Positions 36,190-50,039 of a DNA stretch of 64,000 nucleotides are shown one piece after another. A program made the translations under genes and the position numbers. Source of the stretch: the human T2T-CHM13v2.0 reference genome, Homo sapiens; assembly GCF_009914755.1 (NCBI RefSeq), contig NC_060944.1; one strand, given 5' to 3'. The notes beneath the pieces were generated by a model. That model made no database searches, was not told the origin of the DNA, and saw only the letters and a list, made by a program, of their open reading frames with translations. The number at the start of each line of letters is the position of its first letter. Position 1 is the first letter of the stretch.

Positions 36190-37055
36190 ATTTAGCAGGA
36201 TTGACCTGTTTCCCGCTGGTGTGACATTAGCTGGGATGGCTCAAAGGCCTGGAGTTGAAATAATCTAAAGTCTACCTACTTTCAGTGAGGGTAGTTGGAT
36301 CCATATTGTCTCTCTGCTTCCTCATGGCATGGTGGTTGGGTACAAGAGCGAGGCTCCCAAGAAGACCAGGCAGAAACTGTATCACCTCATGGATTACAAA
36401 GTTATACAGCATCATTTCTATCATAGTCATAGGCTTCCCAGATTCAAGAGGTGGAATTACAGTTGACCCTTGAACAATGTGAGGGTGAGTGGTGACTATC
36501 CCCAGTGCAGTCAAAAATCCATGTATAACTTTTGACTCCCCAGGTACTTAACTACTAATAGCCTACTATTGACTAGAAGCCTTACAGATAACATAAAGAT
36601 TGATTAACACATATTTTGTATGTTATATGTATTATATAGCTGTATTCTTACAATAAAGTAAGTTAGAGAAAGAAAATGTTATTAAGAAAATCATAAGGAA
36701 GAGAAAATATATTTACTGTTCATGAGATGGAAGTGGATCATCATAAAGGTCTTCATCCTTATTGTCTTCACATTGAGTGGGCTGAGGAGGAAGAGGAAGG
36801 GGGGTAGGTATACTTTCTCAGGGGTGGTAGAGGTGGAGGAAGTGGAAGAGGAAGCAGAAGAGGCAGGCATGATCTGCTTAACTTTTACTGAAAAAAATCC
36901 ACATATAAGTAGACCTGTGCAGCTCAAACCTGTGTTGCTCAAGGAATAACTGTAGATCCCATTTCCCAATGAGGGGAGTATCATTATTACACTGTAAGAA
37001 GAGCTGTGGGATGGAAAGCGCATCGCATGCCATCTTGGAAGACACAGTCTGCCAC
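36190..37055 (-). mobile_element. MLT1F/G-like LTR split by a Tigger2 element
   Basis: ...cagattcaagaggtggaat[TA-Tigger-TA]gatccc...gccatcttggaagacacagtctgccaca. Confidence 0.7.
36460..36952 (+). mobile_element. Tigger2-family non-autonomous DNA transposon (Tigger2a-like), both ends present
   Basis: TIRs cagttgacccttgaacaa / ttgctcaaggaataactg, with TA target duplication at 36458-59 and 36953-54. Confidence 0.88.
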
Positions 37056-37471
37056 AAGCACTGATCAGTACCCATGGTGCATTCATAAACACGGAGCTTG
37101 TCAACTATATGAGCTCTTGTTCAACAATAACCCCAGAGAATATGTTTGTGCACGCTTATAATAAATACATACACATATACATACATAATAAGTACTTAGT
37201 GAATAAGACTAATTCTTGGATTCACCTTGCTTCCAAGACATTTTCCGTGTTATGCCTAAGGGTAAGGGCAGGGAATTGGGCCACTCAATTAATTTAAACT
37301 AAAAAGTGTTTCACTGTCACCATCCCCGCGCTTTTTTTTTTTTTCTGGGAAAATAAGTTGGGCTGCTGAGTTTTGGACTTAAATCATCATTTCCATGGCA
37401 ACAGAGCCTAAATGATAAAAGGCAGATTATAGTTCCTTCCAATATTTGAAATGTCTGTATATGGTCTGCAT

Positions 37472-37732
<261 letters not shown>

Positions 37733-38129
37733 GTACACTTAGCAGAGAATAACATTGCCATTAACCCCCCATACACAAACACACACTCATACACACTCAT
37801 GCACATATTTATACACACTCACACAAGAAACATGAGTGTTAAATTTCATAATTTATATTAAATGATTTTAAGTATGGGGGAAATGTGTAGGAATGACACT
37901 GTTCAGCCTTGTCTTCTCAGATCTGCATTAAGCCAAATTTTCTTGTTTTGATTTTTTGATCGGTTGGTTGACTTTAGAAATATTCTGATCACGTAAAGCC
38001 TGGGGGAAAAAAGTCAACAATCGTAGATACAGAAGTGAGAATAATTACGATCTTTGGAAATTCCAAGTAGTTCAATGTGGCTTGAGAGTCGTTTATGTCT
38101 GAGGGAGGATAATGAGGCTGCACAGTCTT

Positions 38130-38860
38130 ATTTTTAATTTTAGGATTTTTGATTATGAAGTGTTTCAAATATATATAAAAGTATAGAAAATATAATAATA
38201 TGAGAGCCATGTACCTATCCCCATAGTTAGCAGCTATTAGCCATTTGCCATGTTTTTCTCAAATCCCCTTTCTTTCTAAAGGAATAAAGTATTAGGTCTT
38301 CAGTCAATTCCCTACTTACCTCCTCCTTTACCTCCCCACCCTCCCCAGAACTCATCATTCTCAAAAAGTTATGTGCGATATTCCTGAGGCACTTTAAATT
38401 TTTGGAATGTTTTTGAGCAGACAGCGATTCATGAATTGGGCAGCTCCAAATTGCAGGTGATTCTGGGCTCCACTGAAGGGGCATGAAGGGCTTTTGTAGA
38501 GTTGACATGAAAACAAGTCAAAGAAAATATATGATCACTCCAAGTGGAGCAATAGCCTTATTTGTATCATTCCAGTGGAAAGACCCTAGTTAGAGATTAG
38601 TTGGCAGTGTATGACTGGCTAAGCTTAAATTCCTTTTACTGTTTACACTTTGGTTTGATTATGTAAGAATCCAGGATGCTTAAGCCACCTCAGTCTAACA
38701 GCCTCCCAATTAATTATTTAAACAGTACTTATGAATAGATCCCTACACTCTTGTATCTTTACGTTTTGAAAGTGTGCAGAAATGGTATCAGAGAGTATGT
38801 ATCCTTTTGCAACTTGTTGCTGTCACTCAACATTATGATTTTGTGCTTTAGCCACAGGAC
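38130..38860 (-). mobile_element. Old L1ME-type fragment interrupted by an LTR
   Basis: ttcaaatatatataaaagtatagaaaatataataat...aaatggtatc...gcaacttgttgctgtcactcaacattatg. Confidence 0.6.
38409..38723 (-). mobile_element. ERV1 LTR (MER67/MER31-like)
   Basis: gattcatgaattgggcagc...gccacctcagtctaacagcctcccaattaattattttaaaca. Confidence 0.6.
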
Positions 38861-40125
38861 ATAAACATGCCATACAGAGAGTGGAGATGAGCATTCACTG
38901 TTGCACAGTTTACATTTATTCAACTAAATTTAGAGTTCACCTGGGGAATGAGTTGACAATGACAGGTTTAGCATTTATAGAAAATGCTAATGATAGGCAG
39001 ATAGGACTGGACACCAGACACGAAAGTGAACACAAGAAAAAAGAAATGTGGTTGTTTGTACTCTAGTTGTTCCATTTCCCGTTTCCCTTATAATCCATCC
39101 TTTGAAGGCAGTTATAAGGGCTGCATGGTCTTTGATGATTACAGGTTAGAAACTGAGTGATTTTCCAAGAGGCAGTCTACCCTAAGTGAGGTCTAGGCTT
39201 GGGCAGAGACTAAGGAGCCAAATCTCTGGTCTTCCGTCAGAAAATGTGATTGTTTATAACCCAGCCCCTACTTCTTGCCCCTGTAGATCTCCTTTTCTAC
39301 TGGGAACTGTCTTACTAGTGAGATCTGCATCACACAGGTTTGGAGAGCAGGGAGGTTAGGTGGGTGACTTCCATGGGGGTTCTTTCTTGTCCTGCCATGT
39401 GTACACCCACTTCCATTTCCTACTGCCACGAGAAACACCTCATTTGATGTTCTATGCAACTTGCCAGTGAGTGCTTTTCAATTTTTTTATGTTGTTAAAA
39501 CAAAATAACTAAAGGGTTATTTATTTCCAGGACACAAAATTAAGTCACTGATTTAATCAGATATATGTGAGCTATTATGTATACTCCGTGTCTCTTCTCC
39601 ATTTACTATATTACTCTCTGAATGTTTCCAAGAAACTCTTTACATACAGAAGTTCCCTCAAAACAAAAAAGGGACTATGCACACATTTTACTTTTGAGGT
39701 GGCATTTACTTATTCAATAATATCTACAAAATTAAATGTTATATCGACCTTGCGTCACTGTCAGCTAGTTACTTTTTATTTCTGTTGCATTTCCAAGTGT
39801 GTTAAATTAAAGCAAGTGGCTTCATGCCAACTAAACTGCATGGAAGCTTTTTAGGCCTTGTTCAAATACTAACAGGTTTGATAAATATATTTGTCTAGCA
39901 AGAGTAGGACAATGAGCTCTTTGTTTACTGACATACTTTATTGTCATTCTGCTGTATACCTCTCGTGTGGCTGTTTTATAGGACATAAAGTCTAGCTATC
40001 CTGTCGGAATCTCAGATCTTATTTATAGCTTGCTGCAAAGTGGCTTATTGTCATTTATTATTTCTTATTTGATTTATATAGCATCTTTCCACCAAAGAGC
40101 CCATAGGTTTATTTATATACAGAGT

Positions 40126-40162
40126 ACACACACGCACACACACACACACACATTCTTACACA
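40126..40162 (+). repeat. (CA)n, ~160 bp upstream of the exon
   Basis: Seen directly. Confidence 0.85.
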
Positions 40163-40318
40163 CATCCTTGAACTTCACTCAATGCTATGATGTAGATAGC
40201 AGTATAGAACCAAAAATCTGTATGAGGCCTTTCCATTTGTTTTTGTTCTACGGCTATGTCCTGGCAGGGCAATTGCCATATTTTTTTTCACTTTGAGTGT
40301 TTTATCTTTTGCCTCTAG

Positions 40319-40400
40319 GTGGATCGGATCATTTTCTGTGTCTTCTTAGAAGTTGACTTCAAAATCTACAAAAAGAAAATGAATGAGTTTTTCTCCGTAG
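40319..40400 (+). CDS. MACROD2: MACROD2 internal coding exon (82 bp, probably exon 9), C-terminal end of the macrodomain
   Basis: Acceptor ttttatcttttgcctctag| and donor G|gtgagt. Translates VDRIIFCVFLEVDFKIYKKKMNEFFSV+G, which I recognise as MACROD2. Phase 0 in, phase 1 out. Exon number is from memory. Confidence 0.96.
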
Positions 40401-43115
40401 GTGAGTAAAGCAACTTCTTGTTTTCTTTCAAATTGAGGATGGAAGAAGTGGAGCCGTCACTTCTATTCCTATTGTTTTTCATCTTCAGGACTGTTACACA
40501 TGGTGATCCTGCCAACTTGTATCATAGTTTCTAAGAACTGAACAAGGTAACAGAAAATCTAGGCTGTGGAACTCTTGCCCCAAGAGGTCACTGTGTTGTC
40601 TTGGGGAAGTCAGTTCATCTCTTGGTTCTCGGTGCCTCACATCAAAACTGAGGGGCTAATTATTAATAAAAGATTTCTAAAGATGCTTCCCCTGGCCTTA
40701 AATTGCATGATCTGTGATTCCTTCTCCAACTTGTAAGTTTACCAGGCCCCATGCCTGCATCTACCATGTTAAATACCATTGTTGGAAATTGTAAGCCCAT
40801 TTATATTCATAGTCAGAATTCAAACTTTTCCTGCATTCCATCCCTATTCCTTCCCAAGTTTCTCACTCCAAATTTCAATGCCTATAGTAGCACTTCTAGT
40901 GCAGTCTGAGAATGGCAGTCATTCACACTTCTTTTTAGAAAATAGGAGAAACCTCAGGGTTATTAGAGAACCTTGAGTAATGTATTTACATCGATTGAAT
41001 GTGCCGTTAGTTGGATTTGGGTAATTTGGATGTTTTTCTCCACTCTCCCTCTTCCAGCCCATTAAGGCTGAGGCTTGTTTAATGCCTTGTTATTTTTATG
41101 GTGCCATTAAAGTCACAGTGTCCAAAGTGCTTTCCTTAGCCATGGCAAGAATCGCTTCCAGGAAATTTCAAGCTACTGTGAGCATTGTTGGTACTTGCCT
41201 TTCAGAGAGCTTTCTTTTGAGGTTTCTGTCTCCGTCTGAAGTAGTTTGTCATATCACAGGTGACTCTGGCAGGTGGGATGGAGTGAATGAAGGGTGCTGA
41301 TGCATATTCATCCTCTTAAGCAGTCTATCAGAGCCAAACAATAAAGGGGATGCCTTGCCTGTAGATCAGAGTAGGATGTGTTCTATCCAGAACAGCTGTA
41401 GAAAACCAAAAAACCAATGGAGATGGTCAGCTCTCTGCTAATGCCCTAAATGGACTAAGTTCTTCTAAGTAATTTCAAGTTCTTCTCCCTAATTTTATAA
41501 TTGAAAGCTGGCTCTGCTAAGTGCATTTAATTTAAGGCTTCAACTAAAGTATTCCTCTAACTGAAACATAATGTAAATTCCTCAGATTCCCATGTGATAA
41601 AGAACAGGACTGTGGTTATAATCTTTTTCTCCTCTTCTTTCTCTTTCTCCTCTGCCTCCTTCTCCTTCTTTCACCTTTCTTCATTTTTTTCAAGCATCTC
41701 AGTGTTTTACAGAGTGGAAGCACATAACAGCTATTTAATAATTAGTTGTTGAGACGAGTTGAATTAAATAAATTTTTCTTGCCTTAATCTGATGACTTTT
41801 ATTGTTTCAATGTCCTTGCTCCATTTTTCCTTTTGACTTGCTTTATAACAATATTGAGCTGATTGGTACCTGTATTTTGAAGTATTGTTAAAAGAAAATG
41901 CTAATTATATTTTTAAATGTGACTTGCCATGATGTGTGAAGCAAATATTCTCATGTCTTGTCAGTATCACATCATAATTGATAAGATTTTATAAACTTTA
42001 GACTCCTTGAGATGTTTGGAAATAATGACATCATATTCATTTTCATGTATTCTAAAATAAAGTCTGCAGGAAGCCATACTAACATAAGGTAAAAAATAAT
42101 TGCATAATTATGATCTAATTGATATTGAAACAAATATTTCTATCAGCAGGTATTTCCAATGATGCACAGTCAAAAAGCATACTGCAAATTTTTTTTAAAA
42201 TGAGACAGTTTTAGGAGGGTAAAATATATTAATACTTATGCAAACAAATTATTGTTTGAAAAATTGCTACTTTAAATACATTTTAAAATGCATTGCAGTA
42301 CATGAGCAAGTGAAATAATAAAATCATCCTCAATCTCACATCAATGCTTTGAAGCACACAGTGCTCATGAAATTATTTTCAGTCCATATTTACAATAGGA
42401 AGTACATTTTAAACTAAATGTCAAAATCCTCAAAAATTGTGATTTCTGCAATGTTGAAGCATTAGGTATTTGAAAATTCTAAATATGCAATATGAAATAA
42501 GCGTGATGTATGATGGAATGTGACTACTAATATACATAATATACCTTACCTGTCATTAATTTTAACTTGTGTTTAATTCATAACTATACCATCTTTAAAT
42601 TAGGATATGTTTCTTCCTACTTGCCATGTATTTCCCTATAGTGCATTATTATTCATGATATCTCTAACTAGTGTTCATAATCTTTCCCAATGCAATAATG
42701 ATAATAGTTTAGAAAAGAAGTCATTTTTATAATCAAACAAAATATTTGTGTTTTGGGGTACTTTAATCCCATGTCTGTAAATTTTATAATTGGGAATCTG
42801 AGACACAATGCATGATAAAACAATAAAAGACTCAAAGAGATCATACTAAAGGTATGCCACATGCATAACTACTACAGTTCAATAATAATGGTTCAATGAT
42901 AATTGCTATTACAGTTCAATAATAATAATGATTAATAATAATCATAATTAATATATTTAATAACATAACAATAATGGTTACTAATAATTCAAACCTTTTT
43001 GAATTGCTTTCTATTAGCCAGCCACAGCATTCATTTCGTTACATGGGTAAATCACTAATCTTCATGATAACTCTAAGAAAGGAGGCACCGTATTAACCCT
43101 GTGCTGTGGTTCCAT

Positions 43116-44086
43116 TGTTAGGGTTTTTTCTAATTTGGTCTTACGGTTTCTCTCTCTTGAGAATGGCCATCAGCCAGGATAGTCACTCTCCAGGAAAGCT
43201 TTGAAAAGGGTTGGGGGAAAATTGGGTTCAGATATGTATGTCAGGGGAGACACAGCGAGGAAGTAAAACCAAAATGCACAAAACAGAAGGCATTTATTAC
43301 TCACAAGTCCCAGACAGGTGAGGGATGCCCACAGGAGACCAACAGGAAGCCTGGAGGTGGCAGGGAGCCCAGCCAGCAAGTGGGCAGCAAGAGAGAGCAA
43401 GCACCTGGGGGCTGTCTTTATTAGTTCCGTATGCACCACCCCTTAGGCTTTCCCATGGGGGTTGTGGATTGGCTAGTTTAAAGAAAACACTCAGGAAGCA
43501 GGAACTTACTTCGATGATTCTGACACTATTAGATTTTTACCATGATCAGCAGTTGTGGAGTATATTGGGTTTGGGGTCAGCTGGATGAGGAACAAGTGGA
43601 ACATATCACAACCGATCACACAGGGAGGGAAGTTTAAGTAGGCCAAAGGTGACAGGATACAACTGGGTTTCAAACAACTTATGTCAGGCCTAAGAATGGA
43701 GGCTGGCCAGGCACAGTGGCTCATGCCTGTAGAAGGAGGATTGCTTGAATCCAGGAGTTTCAGGCTAGCCTGGGCAACATAGCAAGAACTTGGCTCTACA
43801 AAAAATAAATAAATAAAAATTAGCTGAGAGTGGTGGTGCATACATACCTACAATCCCAGCTACTCAGGAGGCTGAAGTGGGAGAATCACTTGAGCTCGGG
43901 GATTTGAGGCTGCAGTTGGCTATGATTGCACCACTGAACTCCAGCCTGGGTGACGAAGCAAGACCCCATCTCTAAAAAATATAAATAAATAAATAAATAA
44001 ATATTGTAGAGATTTTAAAACCAAAAGGAAAAAAAGAAAAAAAAATGGATGCCAAGGCAGCAACTATATGAAACAAATTTATGATA
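43116..44086 (-). mobile_element. ERVL-class LTR (MER54/MER73-like) interrupted by AluJ
   Basis: catttattactcacaagtccc...ttatgtcaggcct[Alu]aaaaatggatgccaaggcagcaactatatgaaacaaatttatga. Confidence 0.6.
43705..44043 (+). mobile_element. AluJ with a ~25-bp left-arm deletion
   Basis: ggccaggcacagtggctcatgcctgta^gaaggaggattgc. TSD aagaatggaggc/aaaaatggatgc. Confidence 0.92.
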
Positions 44087-44505
44087 CCCTATGTTTTAGG
44101 CATGAAAAACGAGGATTCAGCTAGGAAGCAACAGAGCTGTATTTTAAAATTGAGATTGGCATCTGTCATTGCCCAAGTGATAATAGGTTCGTTTTCTCAG
44201 AGCATCTTTAGAGAAGGCTGAGATCAACTTCCAGGCTGCATTTGGAGTATTGGGGAAAGTCCCATTTCATCTGCTGCCCATCATTTTTCAGAGATGCCAT
44301 GCTTCTCTTCTTCTAGTACCTATAAATACCTTCATGGAAACTTCTAATATGAGTTGAATTAGTACTTTTATCATTCATCTCAAAATTGAATTCCATTCAC
44401 ATTATAGAGGTATTGTGGTGCTATTACCTGCAGATGAGCAGGTAAGTGGTAAACGAGAAGCCCAAAGGCCTTTATAGCATCTACAGGACAAGATGGAAAA
44501 TGGCT

Positions 44506-44888
44506 TATATTAGTTTGTCAGGCCTCTAAAAACAAAGTACCACAGAGCAGGCGGCTTAAACCACAGAAATACATTTTCTGATTATTCTGGAGGCTAGAAG
44601 CCCAAGGCCAAGTGGAGGCAAGATTAATTTCTTCAGAGGCCTCGCTCCTTGGCTTGTAGTTGGCTGTCTTCTCCCTGTACTTTCAAATGACCTTCCCTCT
44701 GAGTCATTTGTGCTGTATCTTTCTCTTTGTATAAGGATACCAGTCAAATGGGATTTGGACCCACTCTAATTACCTTATTTTAATTTAATTAGCTCTTAAA
44801 GATCCTATCTCCAAATACAGTCATATTCTAAGATATGAGGGTTAGGCCTTCAACATAAAAATTCACAGGGCACAATTAAGCCCATAAA
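44506..44888 (-). mobile_element. MLT1A/B-like LTR
   Basis: aacaaagtaccacagagcaggcggcttaaaccacagaaat...ctccaaatacagtcatattctaaga. Confidence 0.85.
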
Positions 44889-45459
44889 ATTGCCCCTTGT
44901 AGAAATGCTTTAAGAAACTCCAGGGAAAGAAACCAGCATCGAATTTTTTTTCAACAGTTTTATATCTTGCTGTGGGGTAAAGCACATTTGACTTTTTCCT
45001 TCCAGAAGTATTATTTGAAAGTAGAGTGTGGCAGCTTTATGGAATTATCATACACTTTGGTTGCAAATAATTTATAGTTACAGTGCACCATTACATGGCC
45101 TACAGCAAATAATATTTGTATGATTCAACTCAGAAATCTCTTTGTTCTTTACATAAAAGTGCTTGTATTTTTTCAGTGTGTAGAATTTATTGTGTGCAGT
45201 TTTCACTAGACGTAAAAAATTAAAAAAAGAAAAGAAAAGACAATTCCCGATCTGGAATGTGGAAGTCATTTTTTCTTTTTTTTCTACTAGAGTCTTAGTC
45301 CTGCTAGAGAACTGAAGGATATTAATTTTCCCCATAATAACAATAAAGAACATACGGTTTATAACGGTATTAAAGAATCTTGACGTTGGAAGCTTAAGAC
45401 TTGTCATGGTAAACCCTCCTTCACTCCTCCCTTTAGGAAAAACCAACCTTTGTTTACTG

Positions 45460-45680
45460 CAATGGTTCTCAACTACGAGCGATTTTGCCCTCCTGGGGAC
45501 ATTCTGAGGCATTTTTGTTTTTCACAGCTGAGGGATGGGAGAGGTTACTGTGCTCTAGTGATTAGAGGCCAGGGGTGCTGCTAAGCATTCTACAGTGCAC
45601 AGTACAGCACCCTCCACAACCCTCCAGCAGATAATTATTCAGCCTTAAATGGCAATAGTGCAGAGGTTGAGAGGCTCCAT
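45460..45680. mobile_element. MER20 (hAT-Charlie)
   Basis: caatggttctcaac...gattttgccctcctggggacatt...gaggccaggggtgctgctaagcattctacagtgcacag...aatagtgcagaggttgaga. Confidence 0.88.
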
Positions 45681-46349
45681 CTGCTGGTACTGTCTCTTAC
45701 CACTCAGGCCATTGCCGCAGTCTTTGCCTTTGGATTGGGGTTATTTTACAGTGTTTCGACTGCTGATGCTTTACCCATAAGTAACTATCTAGCTGGATTT
45801 GGAACATGTATCCTCAGCCTGGTCTCTGGCTTCCTGGATTCATGACCCTCCTAGTCCAGACTTCTGGTTTTGCACCCTCTCTGTTCACTCTGTACCCACA
45901 GATTTCTATATCTTGACCTTTGTTAACCACATACACCTGCCACCCAACCCCTACTCTCCAGGTCCTCCTGCCACCACCCCACTCCTGGTATCATTTATCT
46001 ATTACTGCCCATGAATCTAGAGTAATAATCTCAGAAAATATGATCATTACATAGGTTTTATATATCTAATAAAAGTGTGGAACTAAAGGCTAGTATACAG
46101 AGCAATGAAGAACAAATTCACTAATTATTTTCTTTATATACCTTAAGCAAGTTTCATTGCTTCTTGGGCTAATACTTTTCTTTTTTTTTTTTTTTTCATT
46201 AGTTTGGTGACCATTGGTTGATAAACTTACCTTGTGAGCTCACAAAATATGTTTTAATTTTAGATACCTTCAACCCCTTATCATTATCTGCATAGTAACT
46301 GATTCATTCACAATGAAATCACCTATGACTGAAAAAACTACCAACTACT

Positions 46350-46668
46350 ATTTTTTAAATTTGTTTTTCAGAGTCAGGGTCGTACTCTGTCATCTAGACT
46401 GGAGCGCAGTAACGCAATCATACTGATCATAACTCACTGCAGCCTCGAACTTCTGGGGCTCAAGGGATCCTCCTGTTTCAACTTCCTGGGTGGCTGAGAC
46501 TACAGGCACACTCCACCATGCCCAGCTAATTTTATTTGTTTGTTTGTTCTTTAGAAACATGGTCTCACCATGTTGCCCAGGTTTGTCTTGAACTCCTGGG
46601 CTCAAGTAATTCTCCTGCCTCAGTTTCCCAAGTCTTTGGGATTATAGGTGTAAACCACTATGCCCAGC
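46350..46668 (-). mobile_element. AluJ
   Basis: actcactgcagcctcgaacttctggggctcaagggatcctcc...ttgggattataggtgtaaaccactatgcccagc. Confidence 0.92.
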
Positions 46669-46785
46669 TCTAATCTCTTTAGTTTTTTAACCATAAAAAC
46701 AATTAAATTTGTCAATTTTGTTTCCAGCTTTGAAATTTATATAACGTATACACAATACACATGTCAACTTTACTTAAATGTGATT

Positions 46786-46788
<3 letters not shown>

Positions 46789-46864
<76 letters not shown>
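46789..46864 (+). repeat. (AT)19(AG)19 compound microsatellite
   Basis: Counted directly. Confidence 0.97.
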
Positions 46865-46865
<1 letters not shown>

Positions 46866-48015
46866 AATGCTGGGAAAACTAATAAGATAGGAAAATTAAT
46901 TGCAGGATATCCATGTGCTCATCCCAAACCTGACACCTGTTTATAAGAGGAAGATTTTATTTAAGATGAAAAACTCTATTTATGTCTATGAAAATAATTT
47001 TAAAACTATATTTAAAAAATTAATAGAAAAAAAGCTAAAATATTCCCAATGTTCTTGACATAAATAGTAAAATAATGAGCTATTTGACCTATTAATATTT
47101 GGGACATCTATCTGGTACAACATAAAATGATAAACCTTATAAAATTGCAAGAAGTTTGTATGCCTTAAAAATGAGCTTGCAAAATAGTAGACATAAAACA
47201 TGTATAACAAGTGTTTTGTAGTTAGAACTAGGTAAACTTAATCCATAGGAGTTATAAGTTTATAAATTATAAACTTTACTGGAAATGTTTTGTGGTCTTA
47301 AATACAGATTTTCTTTTTGTATTATATATAACATAAAAGCATATAGATGATAAAGTAAAACCCTAAGTCAAGTTTGAGAATTATATCTCGGGAACTTCTT
47401 GAATATTTAACATATCTCAATGTCTAGCTAAAATGCATACATTTTATTTCTCAAATATTGACAGACATGTTATTAATTCACTTTACTTGAGTACGTGAAC
47501 ATATTTAGGTTACATGTATTTTACCTTCTTAGATACAGATAGCACTGAGAAAGTGTAGCTTTGCATAATCATGATAAAGAAAATTCTAAATTCATATTTT
47601 GATAATAATTTTTAATATCTTAAATGCATGCCAAAATTTTTAAAACGAAACAAATCAAGAAACTTCTCAACCACGTTTCACTTATTTTGACCTCCTTATA
47701 GTCTTCCAAACATGTAATAAATGTTATTGATATGAATATATCTTTCGTTTATTTTCCCAATCATGAATTTCTGCCATTTATTTCTGTCTAAACTATACAC
47801 ACTCCTGCAAGGCAGCTTTAGTTGGGTTTTATATTATTATTATTATTATTATTATTTGACCTTTTTATCTTGATCTCATCAATGAAAAAATAAGTTTCTG
47901 GAGAACAGAAATTATTCCTAATATTCCACTGCCCTTTCAGAATCTGGAAAATTCTAAATATATAGTAGGTGTTTATTAATGTAAATAAAAACGTACCACG
48001 AGCCTAGACTGAAAC

Positions 48016-48359
48016 TGCTACGGTTGGAATGTGTATCTCCTCCAAAACTCATGTTGAAATTTAATTGCCGTTGTAACAGTATTAAGAGGTAAGACCTTTA
48101 AGAGTGATAGGCCATGACGGCTCTAGCCTCATGGGAGGGATTGGTGTCATTATAAAAGGGTGAGTTCAGCCTCTTGCCCTTTGCCTTCCACTTTGTGATG
48201 TCTTCCACCATGTGATGATGTAGCAGGAAGACCCTCACCAGATGCCAGCACTTTGATATTGGGCTCCTCTGTCTCCAAAACTGTGAGCCAATACATTTCT
48301 GTTCATTACCTATTACCTAGTCTGGGGTAGTCTGTAGCAGCACAAAACAGATTAAGACA
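48016..48359 (+). mobile_element. MST (MSTC/D-like) MaLR solo LTR
   Basis: tgctacggttggaatgtg...ccaaaactcatgttgaaatttaatt...gcagcacaaaacagattaagaca. Confidence 0.85.
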
Positions 48360-48486
48360 GAGAGAATATTTAACCAAAGTTTCAGGTAAAAAGTCAGTTT
48401 TTCCTAGAAACTCTTAAGTATTGTTAACACAGCTAGACAAGGGTATAGCACTGCTTTTTACGTATTTATCAAAATTTTCAAAAATT

Positions 48487-48815
<329 letters not shown>

Positions 48816-48994
48816 TTAAAAATTACTTCTCTGACAAATGGGCACAATACTTTAAAATTTTACCCAGGCAGTATTTAAAATTTTTCCTGGATTTCACTTT
48901 TAAAAATCTTAGCTCTTTAAAAGCAAACAAAAGAAAGTACTCACATTATGTCTTCTGCATCCTCCCTTTACACTGATTTTATAAGTTTATCTCA

Positions 48995-49480
48995 TCCATT
49001 ATCATTCATTATCTTTCTATCAGTTGTCAAATATTTGTTATGTGCCTACTATGTTCCCAAGGCTGCTACATTGAAGATACTGTTCTTGTAATAGTCCTGA
49101 AGGGCACATATCATATAAAACAGTTGGAAAACAATATTAGCAAATAATCAAGTATAACATTGATACAGTCATAGCACCCAGGAATTCAGAGGCAAATGTG
49201 TATGAGGACCAGATTGATTGGGACAGTTTTCATGAAGAATGTGGCACTTTCAGTGATCTTTAAAGAATGAACAAGGGTAGAGAAGTTCACGTCTGGTGTT
49301 GGGTAAGCAACATAGAGGGAGAATGGCAGTTCAGATTGGAAAAATTGTAAAATAAAGTATGATGCTTATATCCAGTTTGTGAAGCCCTGACTGAGAAATT
49401 TTGACACTCTTGTCAATGTATTATGCAATTGAGCCTAAGAGTAAGTCCTTGGTTGAGAAATAGGATAGATTCTATATTTA
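48995..49480 (-). mobile_element. L2 fragment
   Basis: caaatatttgttatgtgcctactatgttcc and L2-like body. Confidence 0.55.
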
Positions 49481-50039
49481 AGAAGGATTAACTCAATTCA
49501 CGACTTGAGAGACTGGCCTTTCAACAACACCCATGCCATGGATTCATCATCTGCTTTTATTGAGATAGTAGTGAACAAAGGCTAAAGAAAAGTCAGTAAA
49601 TTGACCAAAGTCACATAGTTGGGTATGTCTGAGCTCAAATCCTTTCCACTCCGTAATGCTTCTTCCCTTAGCAATCCTGAAAACATGGACAGTTGTTTGA
49701 AGCTACTTGTCTGCTAAAAAAGCCACATATTATCCATTTGCATTAGTAGGGCTAGAGCTCCTGAAAAGCTAGAGCTCCTCCAATCATATGGTATATCCAC
49801 ATGTCCTCTTTCCTTCTTCTTCTTATCTCCTCTCTGGTCATCAGTTTTCCAAGAATAATAATGAAGCACACAGTGTCATGAGCTGCTAAGGTTTTCTTTC
49901 CTCTTGCTATGTCCGAATAATGATTGGAAGATAGAAGCTTGAAGAAGGGGTGGTGAATTCCTGAGAAAGGTAGCAATTGTCTAATAATGAGGTCAACAGA
50001 GACAAAAGCATCTATGGTAAAGGGGAAGAAATGCTAGGC

